A DNA stretch of 32,000 bases, taken from assembly GCA_041677685.1 (NCBI GenBank), contig JBAYPN010000003.1, forward strand, positions 1 to 32,000, in the 5' to 3' direction. Positions within the stretch are counted from its first letter, which is position 1. The number at the start of each line of letters is the position of its first letter. Both the position numbers and the translations under genes were made by a program. The DNA is from an archaeon. GTDB lineage: Archaea > Iainarchaeota > Iainarchaeia > Iainarchaeales > CSSED10-239. Of this stretch, positions 1 to 9,800 are shown piece by piece. The notes under the pieces were generated by a model. That model searched no databases, had not been told where the DNA came from, and saw only the letters and a list, made by a program, of their open reading frames with translations.

Positions 1-66
1 CTCTTCTTTCTTTTTACCTTTCTTAATCTCATCTAAGATAAAATTAACTAAATCCGAATCAACCAT
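1..66 (-). CDS. Partial CDS (first 22 codons, MVDSDLVNFILDEIKKGKKKEE...), continues beyond the left edge; product unknown
   Basis: ATG at 64-66 (plus cat). The frame stays open to position 1. It sits 17 nt downstream of the stop of the 84-380 ORF on the same strand. Too short to judge further. Confidence 0.3.
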   Translation of the reverse strand, partial: MVDSDLVNFILDEIKKGKKKEE

Positions 67-83
67 CTAAAATCACAAATAAC

Positions 84-380
84 TTAACAATTGTCTATAA
101 CTAAAGTATATTTTGAACCTAAATCTGTTGGGCAAAAATAACCTATAGATTTATTATACTCACAAGCAAAAATTGCATCTATATATTGGTTATTGTTTAA
201 TTTCACATTATACACACAATATTTTGTAGGGGTATTAACTTCTTTTGATTCATCTAATAGTCTTATACTATAACCTGTAGGACTATTTAGTTTTAAAAAT
301 AAAAAAAGAAACAAAATAAACAATACAAGCAATATAATAAAAAGAAATATTTTTGATGTAAATAATTTTTTAAAAGCCAT
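84..380 (-). CDS. Small signal-anchored/secreted Cys-containing protein (98 aa), function unknown
   Basis: ATG start. The N-terminal hydrophobic stretch KIFLFIILLVLFILFLFLFL is followed by a polar domain with 5 Cys (the last residue is Cys). Same strand and tight packing as its neighbours. Confidence 0.6.
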   Translation of the reverse strand: MAFKKLFTSKIFLFIILLVLFILFLFLFLKLNSPTGYSIRLLDESKEVNTPTKYCVYNVKLNNNQYIDAIFACEYNKSIGYFCPTDLGSKYTLVIDNC

Positions 381-521
381 AAAATCATCTTTTTTATAAT
401 AAATAAAGTAAGTTGGAAAGATTTTTAAAGGTTGTTAAAAGTTTTTGAGGGAAAGCAACAATAGATTCGATTGAAAATAATTGAAAATTAAAATTGGAAA
501 TAAAATCTTGAAATCTAACTT

Positions 522-1847
522 CTATTTAAAAAAGAAGTCTTTCAGGCAAGAGACTTCTAACAGCTCTTCCTTTCCTGTCATAAGGTTTTTAATTTTAATT
601 CTGTTTTCTTTAATTTCATCATTTCCTAAAAAACCAACAAAGGGAATTTTTAGCTTGTCTGCATAATCTAAATTCTTACTTACAGACTTGTTCATAAGGT
701 CAATGATGGTTGGGATATTTTGCTCTCTTATCTTTTGAGTTATTGAAATTGCAGAGTTTATATTTTCTTTACCAATTGGGATAACAAATAACTTTGCAGT
801 TGTTGATGAGCCTAACCCATCCCTTTTTTTTATAATCTCCATTATTGGCTCTAGTCCAAAGGAGACCCCAGTTGCTGGAAAAGAGGACTCTTCTTTATTT
901 AGGTACTTGCCTATCATGTTATCCCATCTCCCACCACCAGCAATAGATGAGTCCATGATTATTGTATTTTTTAAAAACACCTCATAGATTGGTCCTGTGT
1001 AATATCCAAGACCTCTTGCAAGGGATGGTAAAAATAAATAATCTACTTTAAAGCTTTCTAGGTATGAAAATAATTCAGTTAGTTCTTCAACACCTCTTTT
1101 AAGGTTTGCAACCTTAGAATCTCCAATTGCGTTTTTTATTTTCTCTAATTTTTCTAAGTTACTTCCCTCAACTAACAACACCTCAAGTAACTTTTCACAT
1201 TTCTCTTCAGCGATTCCTTTTAAGATTAATTCTTTTTTTACTTCTTTTCTCCCTATCTTTTTAAGTTTGTCAATTGTTATAATTGTTGTTATTTTTTTGT
1301 CTTTTGGTATTTCTATAACTTCCATTATGTCTTCTAATAACTTTCTACTATTAATCTCAATTACAACATCTAAATTTAATTTTTTAAAAACAAATGAAAG
1401 TAAAGAGATTATCTCTGCGTCTGCAAGTGTAGAACTTACTCCAACAACATCAACATCACATTGATAAAATTCTCTATACCTTCCAGCTTTGATAGGCCCA
1501 TCTCTAAAAACAGAACCTATCTGGTATCTTTTAAATGGTAGTTTTGTTTGGGGGTTCATTCCAATATACCTAGCTAAAGCAAAAGTAAACTCATACCTTA
1601 AGCCTAAGTCTCTTTTCCCTTGATCTTTAAATCTATAAATTTCACTAACAGCATCAGAGTCACTTCCTGCTCCAAACTTTGCTTCTAAAACATCAAGTCT
1701 TTCAATTGTTGGTGTCTCTAATGGTGAGTAACCATAAATCTCAAAGGCTTCTTTTATAATGTTAATAACATCCTCTCTTAATATCTTTTCTGCAGGAGGA
1801 AAATCTCTAAAGCCTCTTGCCAATTGCAATTCTAATTTTTCACTCAT
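522..1847 (-). CDS. hisS: Histidyl-tRNA synthetase (class II), eukaryote/archaeal-like type
   Basis: N-terminal ARGFRDFPP motif. LRYEFTFALARY and GRYREFYQCDVDVVG (motif 2) closely resemble the eukaryote-like HisRS signatures LRYDLTVPFARY and GRYREFYQCDFDIAG. GGGRWD is a motif 3-like element, and a C-terminal anticodon-binding-like segment is present. ATG start with GAGGA (plus 1855-1859) 7 nt upstream. Confidence 0.95.
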   Translation of the reverse strand: MSEKLELQLARGFRDFPPAEKILREDVINIIKEAFEIYGYSPLETPTIERLDVLEAKFGAGSDSDAVSEIYRFKDQGKRDLGLRYEFTFALARYIGMNPQTKLPFKRYQIGSVFRDGPIKAGRYREFYQCDVDVVGVSSTLADAEIISLLSFVFKKLNLDVVIEINSRKLLEDIMEVIEIPKDKKITTIITIDKLKKIGRKEVKKELILKGIAEEKCEKLLEVLLVEGSNLEKLEKIKNAIGDSKVANLKRGVEELTELFSYLESFKVDYLFLPSLARGLGYYTGPIYEVFLKNTIIMDSSIAGGGRWDNMIGKYLNKEESSFPATGVSFGLEPIMEIIKKRDGLGSSTTAKLFVIPIGKENINSAISITQKIREQNIPTIIDLMNKSVSKNLDYADKLKIPFVGFLGNDEIKENRIKIKNLMTGKEELLEVSCLKDFFFK

Positions 1848-1903
1848 TTTTAATTCCTCTGTTGTAACCTATAGATTATAGATAATCAAAAAATTTAAAA
1901 AAG

Positions 1904-1978
1904 GGTCTACACCGGGATTTGAACCCGGGCCAGGAGATCCACAGACTCCTATGCTAACCAAGCTACACTATATAGACC
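1904..1978 (-). tRNA. tRNA-His (anticodon GTG) with genome-encoded G-1
   Basis: The reverse complement folds as a cloverleaf. Elements: G-1 plus acceptor GTCTATA/TGTAGAC; D stem GTGT/GCAT; anticodon stem GGAGT/TCTCC (T-T at 31-39); loop CTGTGGA; 4-nt variable loop; T arm CCGGG-TTCAAAT-CCCGG. Discriminator C73 is opposite the encoded G-1. No CCA is encoded. Confidence 0.9.
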
Positions 1979-2029
1979 ATTTTAACACTTATAAATAACA
2001 ATTCCTTTTTTTAATAGTATAATTTTTAC

Positions 2030-2054
2030 AAAATCTTTAAAGCCTAAAGATTTT
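2030..2054 (-). terminator. Perfect 10-bp inverted repeat (aaaatcttta / taaagatttt, 5-nt loop) downstream of the 53-aa ORF
   Basis: Read directly from the sequence. It lies 31 nt after the stop at 2085. The AT-rich stem makes its function uncertain. Confidence 0.3.
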
Positions 2055-2084
2055 CTAACAGAAGAAGGGATAGTTATTCTCTTT

Positions 2085-2246
2085 TTAGAATCTAGGGTGA
2101 TGGGGATATGATGAGTTGTTATTTATAACAAAGTAAGAATTATTTAAATCAAATTCATAACTAAGGCAAGAATTATCTTTGAAGTTATTTAAAATATTAG
2201 AAGACAATCTTATTCTTCCTTTTTCATCTATTTTATATATCATCAT
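2085..2246 (-). CDS. Unlisted 53-aa ORF with an AbrB/MraZ/SpoVT-like N-terminal motif (MMIYKIDEKGRIRLSSNILNNF...)
   Basis: Hand translation of the minus strand: ATG ATG at 2241-2246, TAA at 2085-2087. IDEKGRIRL resembles the D-x-x-GR-hydrophobic motif of swapped-hairpin AbrB/MraZ domains. A canonical TTTATATA lies 20-27 nt upstream of the ATG. The ORF is below the size cutoff of the supplied track. Confidence 0.45.
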   Translation of the reverse strand: MMIYKIDEKGRIRLSSNILNNFKDNSCLSYEFDLNNSYFVINNNSSYPHHPRF

Positions 2247-2265
2247 ATCACTTTTTTATTAATTG

Positions 2266-2273
2266 TATATAAA
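2266..2273 (-). promoter_or_regulatory. Archaeal TATA-box-like element TTTATATA upstream of the 53-aa ORF (leaderless geometry)
   Basis: Plus tatataaa is minus TTTATATA, at -27 to -20 relative to the ATG at 2246. No SD motif lies in between. Confidence 0.4.
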
Positions 2274-2441
2274 TAATAAATGAAACGAATGTTTTTAAAG
2301 ACTTTGTGGGAATTAAAAAAAAGAAATATACTAAAAATGTTTTAAAATTAGAAACTTTAATTTAGGATATATGTTAATTCTATAACTAAATATATGGTTG
2401 TAAAATTTCATATTATTTTATATATATAAAATATGAAATAT

Positions 2442-2473
2442 AAAAAAAAGAAAAAAAAAGGAAAAATAAAAAA
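2442..2473 (-). terminator. Oligo-T tracts immediately after the HU stop codon
   Basis: Plus-strand A runs (aaaaaaaagaaaaaaaaaggaaaaataaaaaa) read as T tracts on the coding strand directly after the TAA at 2475-2477. Archaeal termination typically uses oligo-T. Confidence 0.4.
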
Positions 2474-2474
2474 C

Positions 2475-2735
2475 TTATAAAAAGTTTTTACTTGCCTTAA
2501 ACTTTACAACTTTCTTAGCTGCAATCTTTATAGCTTTTCCTGTTTGTGGATTTCTTCCCATTCTTGCTGCTCTTTTTTTAACTTGGAAAGTTCCAAATCC
2601 AACCAATTGTAATTTTCCATCTTTTTTTACAATCTTTGTCATTGTGTCTAATGTTAAATCAAGCAATCTACCTATTTCTGCTTTAGAGTAATCTGCTTTC
2701 TTTGACATTTCTTCTATTAAAGTACTTTTATTCAT
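2475..2735 (-). CDS. HU/IHF-family histone-like DNA-binding protein (86 aa)
   Basis: MNKSTLIEEM...LVGFGTFQVKKRAARMGRNPQTGKAIKIAAKKVVKFKASK matches the HU signature GFG-F-v-R-AR-GRNPqTG-I-I-a-v-Fk along its whole length. ATG start with AGGGGGT 10 nt upstream. Confidence 0.93.
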   Translation of the reverse strand: MNKSTLIEEMSKKADYSKAEIGRLLDLTLDTMTKIVKKDGKLQLVGFGTFQVKKRAARMGRNPQTGKAIKIAAKKVVKFKASKNFL

Positions 2736-2822
2736 ATCTTCTCTAACCCCCTATTTTATCATTATAGATATAATAGTAATTGTAACTATATATAAATAAA
2801 AACCTTTTTAAATACTTTGGTA

Positions 2823-2846
2823 AAAAACCCCCAAAATAGGGTTTTT
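2823..2846 (-). terminator. Stem-loop (aaaaaccc / gggttttt, 8-nt loop) with flanking T run, immediately 3' of tRNA-Arg
   Basis: Read from the sequence. On the minus strand the hairpin is followed by T residues. It separates the tRNA-Arg unit from the HU promoter region. Confidence 0.4.
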
Positions 2847-2850
2847 AACA

Positions 2851-2924
2851 CAGATCTATTGGGATTTGAACCCAAGTTATAAGCTCCGCAAGCTTATGTG
2901 CTATCCAGACTACACTATAGATCT
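2851..2924 (-). tRNA. tRNA-Arg (anticodon GCG)
   Basis: Cloverleaf on the reverse complement. Elements: acceptor AGATCTA/TAGATCT; D stem GTGT/GCAC with A20; anticodon stem TAAGC/GCTTA; loop TTGCGGA; T arm TTGGG-TTCAAAT-CCCAA; discriminator G. No CCA is encoded. Confidence 0.9.
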
Positions 2925-2936
2925 TAAACAAAAATA

Positions 2937-3287
2937 CTACTTTTTCCTTGAAAGAGTTGAGGTTCCCCAAAAGAAAACAGACACTAATCCAAATCCTAAA
3001 AACAAATAGAACATCATAAGGCTTGCTGTTAAATATAGATATTTATAGATTAAGAAATAAGATAAAACCCCTGTAATTATAAAAGTTAAAACATTATTTC
3101 CAATTGCTTGAGAAGTATTTTCATAAATAAAAAATACCAAGATCGCCATAATCACATACTTAACAATTGGAAAAGCAATCATTGCACCAGGAACAACTAA
3201 CACCGCCAAGACTGTTACAATTAAGATTTTTGCAATTAAAGGTACTCCCTTAAAAACTCCAAAAATACCTCCTCTTTGTCCCATCAT
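2937..3287 (-). CDS. Small polytopic membrane protein (116 aa, about 4 TM segments), function unknown
   Basis: ATG start. The sequence is almost entirely hydrophobic helices with a basic C-terminus (SRKK). Stop TAG lies 12 nt before the tRNA-Arg 5' end. Confidence 0.75.
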   Translation of the reverse strand: MMGQRGGIFGVFKGVPLIAKILIVTVLAVLVVPGAMIAFPIVKYVIMAILVFFIYENTSQAIGNNVLTFIITGVLSYFLIYKYLYLTASLMMFYLFLGFGLVSVFFWGTSTLSRKK

Positions 3288-3293
3288 AAAAGA

Positions 3294-3662
3294 TCATCTT
3301 CCTGGTCTTTTCCTTGCACTCTGCATAGCTTTATTTCTTGACATTTGCTCTAACCCACCAGGAGTCCCATGAGTCTCCATCTTCTTACCCATCATCTCTT
3401 CAGCAGAACCACCAGCACTAATGAAGAAGAAGTCAACTAATATCCCAGCAACACCAATAGCTAAGAGTGTGTAGATAATATATGCAGTTCTAAACAATGG
3501 CCAAAATAAAAACACCATAGCAACAATTGAAATTGTTATTAAAAATAAAGCAAATTTGTTGTGGGTAACTTTTTGTCTAACAAATGCAATTATGGCTAAT
3601 ACAAAAAAAATCTTTAAAATTAAATTGAAGTCATCTCCAAATCCTAAAATTGTTAAATCCAT
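3294..3662 (-). CDS. Small membrane protein (122 aa, about 3 TM segments plus basic C-terminal tail), function unknown
   Basis: ATG start. GGTAAT SD-like motif directly upstream (AAATACTGGTAATTT-ATG). Three hydrophobic segments are followed by a Gly/Met/Lys/Arg-rich tail. Confidence 0.75.
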   Translation of the reverse strand: MDLTILGFGDDFNLILKIFFVLAIIAFVRQKVTHNKFALFLITISIVAMVFLFWPLFRTAYIIYTLLAIGVAGILVDFFFISAGGSAEEMMGKKMETHGTPGGLEQMSRNKAMQSARKRPGR

Positions 3663-3851
3663 AAATTACCAGTATTTAGATAATATATTACAACAAAAGA
3701 TATATAAACTTAAAGATTTTTTTTGAACATCTCTAATGCTTGAGATTTTCTTTAAAGATTAAAAAAGAGCTTTCTTTACTTTTTTCTAAAATACCTTTCT
3801 ACTTTAAACAATAGATCTTAAACCCAAACAACCCTTACCTTTCTTAAACAA

Positions 3852-6800
3852 CTATTGGGTGGTTGTGTTGCCAGGACCAGAACCGCTAGAGCAAGTAGAA
3901 GGGTAACTTAAAAAATCCTCTTTAATAGAATCAATCTGTTCTTTTGTAAATTTTGTATTATCCTCATTCCATTTGATGTAAGTGCTCTCTTTACTTGAAT
4001 AGATACAGGCTTTATTGTCCTCAATCAAATCAAACAACTTGTTAATAGAAAAGACAATATTACTAATATTAGACTTTAATGCCATATCTTTAATTCCTTT
4101 AAGATCCTCTAACCCATAAAGGAAAGTGTTTTCATCATTAGTAGAATTCTCAATATTTCTTACAAACAATTTATAATTGTCTATAGTCTGAGATGCAGGG
4201 AAATATAGAGTTGTGCTAACTAATGCTGAGCTGATGTCATAACCTCCAATTTTAGATTTTAGATCTAAAGAATGATTATTATAACCCCCACTAGAAAGGC
4301 TTTGTTTATAGTCTTCTAATTTTGAAACAGAATCAAAACTAGAATCATTAATTTCTGAATTAAAGTCCCAAGTTAAAAAGTTGTTAGGTACAACCTCAAC
4401 TAAGTTATTTGGAGTTTTTAAAATATAATTTAGATTATTTTCTTTAAAGCAACCTGCTCTTGCAAAGATTGGAACTGGGTAGCTTGGGCTATAGTCTAGT
4501 TTTAGACTTACAATATCTTGACTTGAAGTTTCTTCTTTTGAAATATTTAACAAGGTACCATTAGAGTTTAAAACTCCTTTAACAGTTGAAGTCTCAAACC
4601 CTGAATCATAATTTCTTAAATTTAAGTTTATTGGATTTTCTTGGTAACCTTCTTTTTCTAGCTCTAATAATTTCAAAGTATCATTACTGTTTAAATAGTA
4701 TAATAATATTTCCTCAGAGGAAAGATTATCTATATAATCATTCTTTGTCCCATACCCAAACCTTGTCTGATCAGCACTTAAAGACATTCCAAGTGGACCA
4801 TCAATTGGTAGATAATAAAACATGTTTATTTGGTTTACAGGAATTTCTTGAACAAAAGAAATATTAAGATCTAATTTATTTTCTAAAAAACCATCTACTT
4901 CAACTTTATAGAGACCAGGTAAAGAAGAATCTTTTGTAATTTTAAAATCACTATTTCCAACTGAAACCTTGTTAAAGAAAGTTTCTTTAAAGTCACTAAA
5001 GTCAACATTTCCAAAGTCACCAGCATAATCTATAAAATCATTTAGAAGATCTTTTGAAACCTTATCTCCAACTAAATAAATATAAAAGTCTTCAGAGTTA
5101 TTATCTTTAAGCCTTACCAAACTTGTTATTAATAGTTGAGCAGAATCACAATAAAATTTTCCAGTTGTATCATACTCTTCTGAACTAGAAACACAGGTTA
5201 CTTCTGATGACTCTAGATTATAACCTTTCCAATTTATTTTATTTGAAGTGTTAACAGCCCAATCATACCTTACCTTTGGAAGTGCAGATTCTCCACTCCT
5301 ACATTGAGAATATTCATCCTTTACTTGACAATCTCCAAAGATAAACAAACTCCCATCCTCTTGAATGTTTGCGCCAACACCTAAACATAATTTTCCTCTT
5401 ATGCCCTCTGGCCACTCTACTTCAACGTTAGGAAGATATCTTGATTTTACAATTATGTTTTTTTTATAAAAACTTGATTTGTTACCAGCAAAATCAAACT
5501 TAAAGAAAATATCTAAATTAGAGTCTACATCTTTTTTTAGTTCTTCTAAGCTTTCAAAGTTACTATTTAATGTAAATTTTAAATTTTTATATTCCCCAAC
5601 TGATATGAAAGGCAAAGCACCATAACTTACCTCTATGTCTAAAAGATTAGAAGGTAGATTTTCATAAGTCAATTTAGTGAAATTAAGATCATAGGTTTGT
5701 GTTTTGTTTGTAGTTTTATATATTACCTCTAGATTACAGTCGCTATCAGAAGTACAATTAATAAAATAATCATCATGTGGATCGATCTCAAAAAGTTTAT
5801 CTTTATCTAGAACTCTTACAAGAACTTCTTTAGTAACAGTTATGTCTTTGTTTCCAAGTCCTAAATTAAATTCTAATCTTAGTTTGTCAAAGGTTTCTGG
5901 ATCTTGACTTATTGCTTTTGCTTTGATTGGAATCTTCAAGGTTTTTGGAATTGATGTGATTTCTAGGTTACTATAATCATTTTGTAATTGAGTATTTAGG
6001 GTTTGTAGGTTAATTATGTTTTCTAGGTGTGGGGTAACTGCACTTGCAACTATGTTATTTAAGGTTATGTTGTTGCCAGATCCTCCTTTACTTATGTCTG
6101 GCAAGAAAATATTGTAATCTAAATTTATGGTGTCTACCTTTTCTTTAATTAACTCAACAGTTGTTAATTTATCTTCTGTTTCTGTAATCAACCCATAAGT
6201 TGATTCTGAGACAAGATTAAGATTAAGATCTCCAAACTTTACAAAATTAAAGGTTAAGTTTGGTAAGTCTATGTACTGTGTTTTAGAAGAATTAACTTTA
6301 ATTAAATTTTCAAATTTTCCAGAAACAGTAAATGGTGTTTGTATTACTAAGTTTACTTGAGAACCATCTACAACAACTGGGGCTTTTATAATTTTAGCTT
6401 CTGCGTCTAAGAGTAATGGTAAACTATTTTGTGAACTTATTTTTTCTTTTGTTTGCAGAATCTTAAAATATTTAGAGTTGTTTGCTCCTGTAAGGTTTAA
6501 GGTAACCTCTTGTAACTTAACATCTTCTAAAGAACTATTCTTATTTGAGATATCATATGTGTTTTCTGAGATGTTATATTGTATGTTGTCATTTACATTT
6601 ATATAATTAATATTATAAGTTAAAGAAGAAGTCCCAACATACACTCCAGACATAACCTTCTTATTTACAGAGATGGTGTTATTTGGGAGACCTAAAGAGG
6701 AATCAAATAAAAAATTAAATTTGATGTTTGCACCTAACAACTCTAGATCAACAAACAAATCAAAATCATCTATTATTCCTGAGCTATTGGTTATACCAAC

Positions 6801-9800
6801 TGTATGTTCTGTAGAGTCAGGCAACACATATTTTACCTCAACTCCACCAATACCTATGTTATTAACGTTATCAATAACTTTAAAGGTAAGGTTATTGTCA
6901 CCAACAAAGATATCCCCATTTGGGTTACTACTAAGAACAGAAACTGAATATTGTAGAGTATCATTATATGTGTAGATTGGGATCTTTAAAGGAGTTGTGA
7001 AAGGATCAAATATCTTAGTAACTATCTTTGGTTCGTTTATAGTCTGACAAAAGCCATCTACTGAGATATTCTTTTTAACAGAGAAATAATAACCAAAGTA
7101 AGCGTTTAGATCAGAGATCAATAAGTTCGGGGAATTGACAGGAACATAGCTAGGGTTTCTATGATATTTATCTATAAACAAATAATTATCATAAATTAAA
7201 TTGTTGTTTGTGTATATTGAACTAGAGTTATAGTCTCCAGTTCTGTTCTGATCATTTAGGTAGATGTAATCTGTATTATATTTATAGTTTGCACCAACAT
7301 CTAAATAATAAGCACCACCTGTTTTTTCAAGAGGCACATCACTTGAGTCAAGTAACTCCCAATCAAGAATATAGTCTTCAGTATCAAAAGGTATCTCAAA
7401 CTTACTTGTCTTTGAGTAGAAATACCCTTGAGGAACAATTGTCCAATTTTCAGGATTACTAAAGCTTGGCTTAAAAACATAATTGCTATCATTTCTAGAA
7501 AGGGCTCTGTAATTAATAACATAATTCTCAAATGGAGAAATCATGTTCTGATTAAAATTAATACCAACACTAAACTCCACAATGTTTATGTTACTATCAG
7601 AGAAGTTAATCTCTAACCACTTAGACTCATCTTCTGTCCAAGAATAAGTGTGGTCAAACTCATAATTGTTATTATAGAATAGACTGTTCCAATCTGTTAA
7701 TTCCCCTGCAAAAGAATATCCAAAGGCTTTGTCTATTTCTTCTGATTGTATGTTAAGATTATTTATATAAATATAATCATTATCAATTAAATGTTGTTTA
7801 CCTGCTCTAATGTGTGCAAAGGACAACTCTTTATTTTCTAGACAAGAAATATATTTAAACTTTAGTTGGTAATTTTGGTTTAAGGTATTATTAACAAAAT
7901 CAATGTTTGAGATTTCTGACTCTCCACTTTCATCAAACAACCCCACAACAACAAGATCAAGGTCTTGACAACTTGAAAGTGATTCAAGTTCAATTTCTTT
8001 AAAGATCTCGTGATTAGGTCTTAAGGTAATCAGTTCTGTTTGGTAAGTTGTAAAGCCTTGTTTTGAAACCACAGCATAGACTTTTGAAACATCATCTTCA
8101 AAGATATATTGTTTATTATAATCTTGACCAGTTACAGGGTTTACAATATAGTTTAAGACAGGTTCGTTTACATAATTGTAGAAATTAATATCATAGTCAA
8201 TTTCATTTACTTTTAAATTTAAGATCTTTGGTATAAATTCTAAATCTATCTCTAGCTCTAAGACATCATTTGCATCCAATTCTTTTATGTTTGATTGACC
8301 TTGTAGATTTTCATAATTATGGATTGAGAAAGCATAATATTCTCTGTTTGCTCTTTGAGAATAGAAGTTAACATCTCCTTGTGAGTTTGTAATTTCTGGG
8401 ATCTCATTGATTAATATAAATTCTTCTTCATTTAAAGATTCTCTAAACAAATATACTTTTGCACCATTTACATTGTTTCCAAAGGTGTCATTAACATTTA
8501 CAGAGACTATTCCGCTATTTAGTTCTGAAGCATATTCTAAATAGATAGTTATATTTTGGTCTAAGGAGTTAACATCATATGGCTCTGGAGAAATATACCC
8601 ATAATCTTCTGTGCCTGAGACTCTAACTTGATAATCATAAAGATCAATTAAATCGAAATTTGCAGAACTTTCTTCAACAACTATTTGTCCAGTTGATGAA
8701 TAATTTGAGTCTGTTCCTTTTAGTTTACTGTACAATAAAATATTTCCAATCACTTCTTCATTTGTGTCAACATCTAACAATTCAACATTTAAATAACCAA
8801 TGTTTCCAATAGTACAGCCATCGCTTATTTGTGTAAGGTAAGGTTGTAAGAATGAATTTGAACAATCTATCTCTCCATCAACACAAAACATTGAATAATT
8901 TGGATCATCACAATCAAAATCCTCTAGCTCTTGAGCAGTAAATAAATATAAGTTAACGTCCTTATTTTGTCCAACATTTACTGTGTAAGGTCCTTGCTTT
9001 GGAATAAATAAAAAACCTTCTTTATTTAGGTTTGTTAAATAACTTCCAGGTAAGATATCAAAGACATGTCTTCCATAGGTGTCAGTTGTGCCTGTGTGTG
9101 CTATAAAGTCTGGGTGAGTGGAAGTGTAAAGATTAGCTGTTGCATCAGTAATTGCAGACTGGTCTATTCTTTTTGCATTAACAGTTAATGTTCCTTTGTC
9201 AGTATTATTTCTTGTAAGTATTACTTTATTATTTTCTGGAACAACTTTGTTGGAGATATCATTATAACTATCTGAACTTACACTTACTCTTAATTCCCCA
9301 CAATTTGCAGGTTGCTTAACTACAACAATTCCACTAGTCACATTCTTGTAACTTGGTTCAGGGATTATTCCTAAATTTGAACAACTAAAAGTTACACTTA
9401 AAGAACTAATGATCAATAGGTCTTGATTGTCAAAGAATTTAATTTCTCTATCTTGTTCTTGGTTGTTGCTGTTTATTAAAGCATATTCTGTGTTTATGTC
9501 TAAGGACACAGAGTGACTTAGATTTTTTTTATTTAATTTAAAACCTATATTTTTTGAAATATAATTTTCTTTAGAAACAATTAAGACTGCTAAGCCCTTA
9601 CCTTTTACCTCTAAAAATTGTGTTTCTCCAAACACATCTGTTGTTTGTGAAGTTATTACTTCATCATTTAATTTTAATTCAACCAAAGCATCGTTTAGTT
9701 GGTTGTTGAAACTATCTGTTACTTCTACAGAGATGTTGTGTACCTTAGAGATGTTAAAAGATATTGTTCCTGACACAAGTAAGTAAATGATTGCTGCAAT

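Noticed and set aside
2407-2439. AT-only imperfect palindrome (tttcatattattttatatatataaaatatgaaa) downstream of the HU gene.
   Set aside because: Palindromes made purely of A/T are expected by chance in such AT-rich intergenic DNA. At most it contributes to HU termination.
7301-7531. Same-strand alternative-frame ORFs (7301-7531 and 21913-22170) nested in giant genes.
   Set aside because: They are short, sit in a different frame within continuous multi-kb ORFs, and show no initiation signals. They are most likely chance ORFs.
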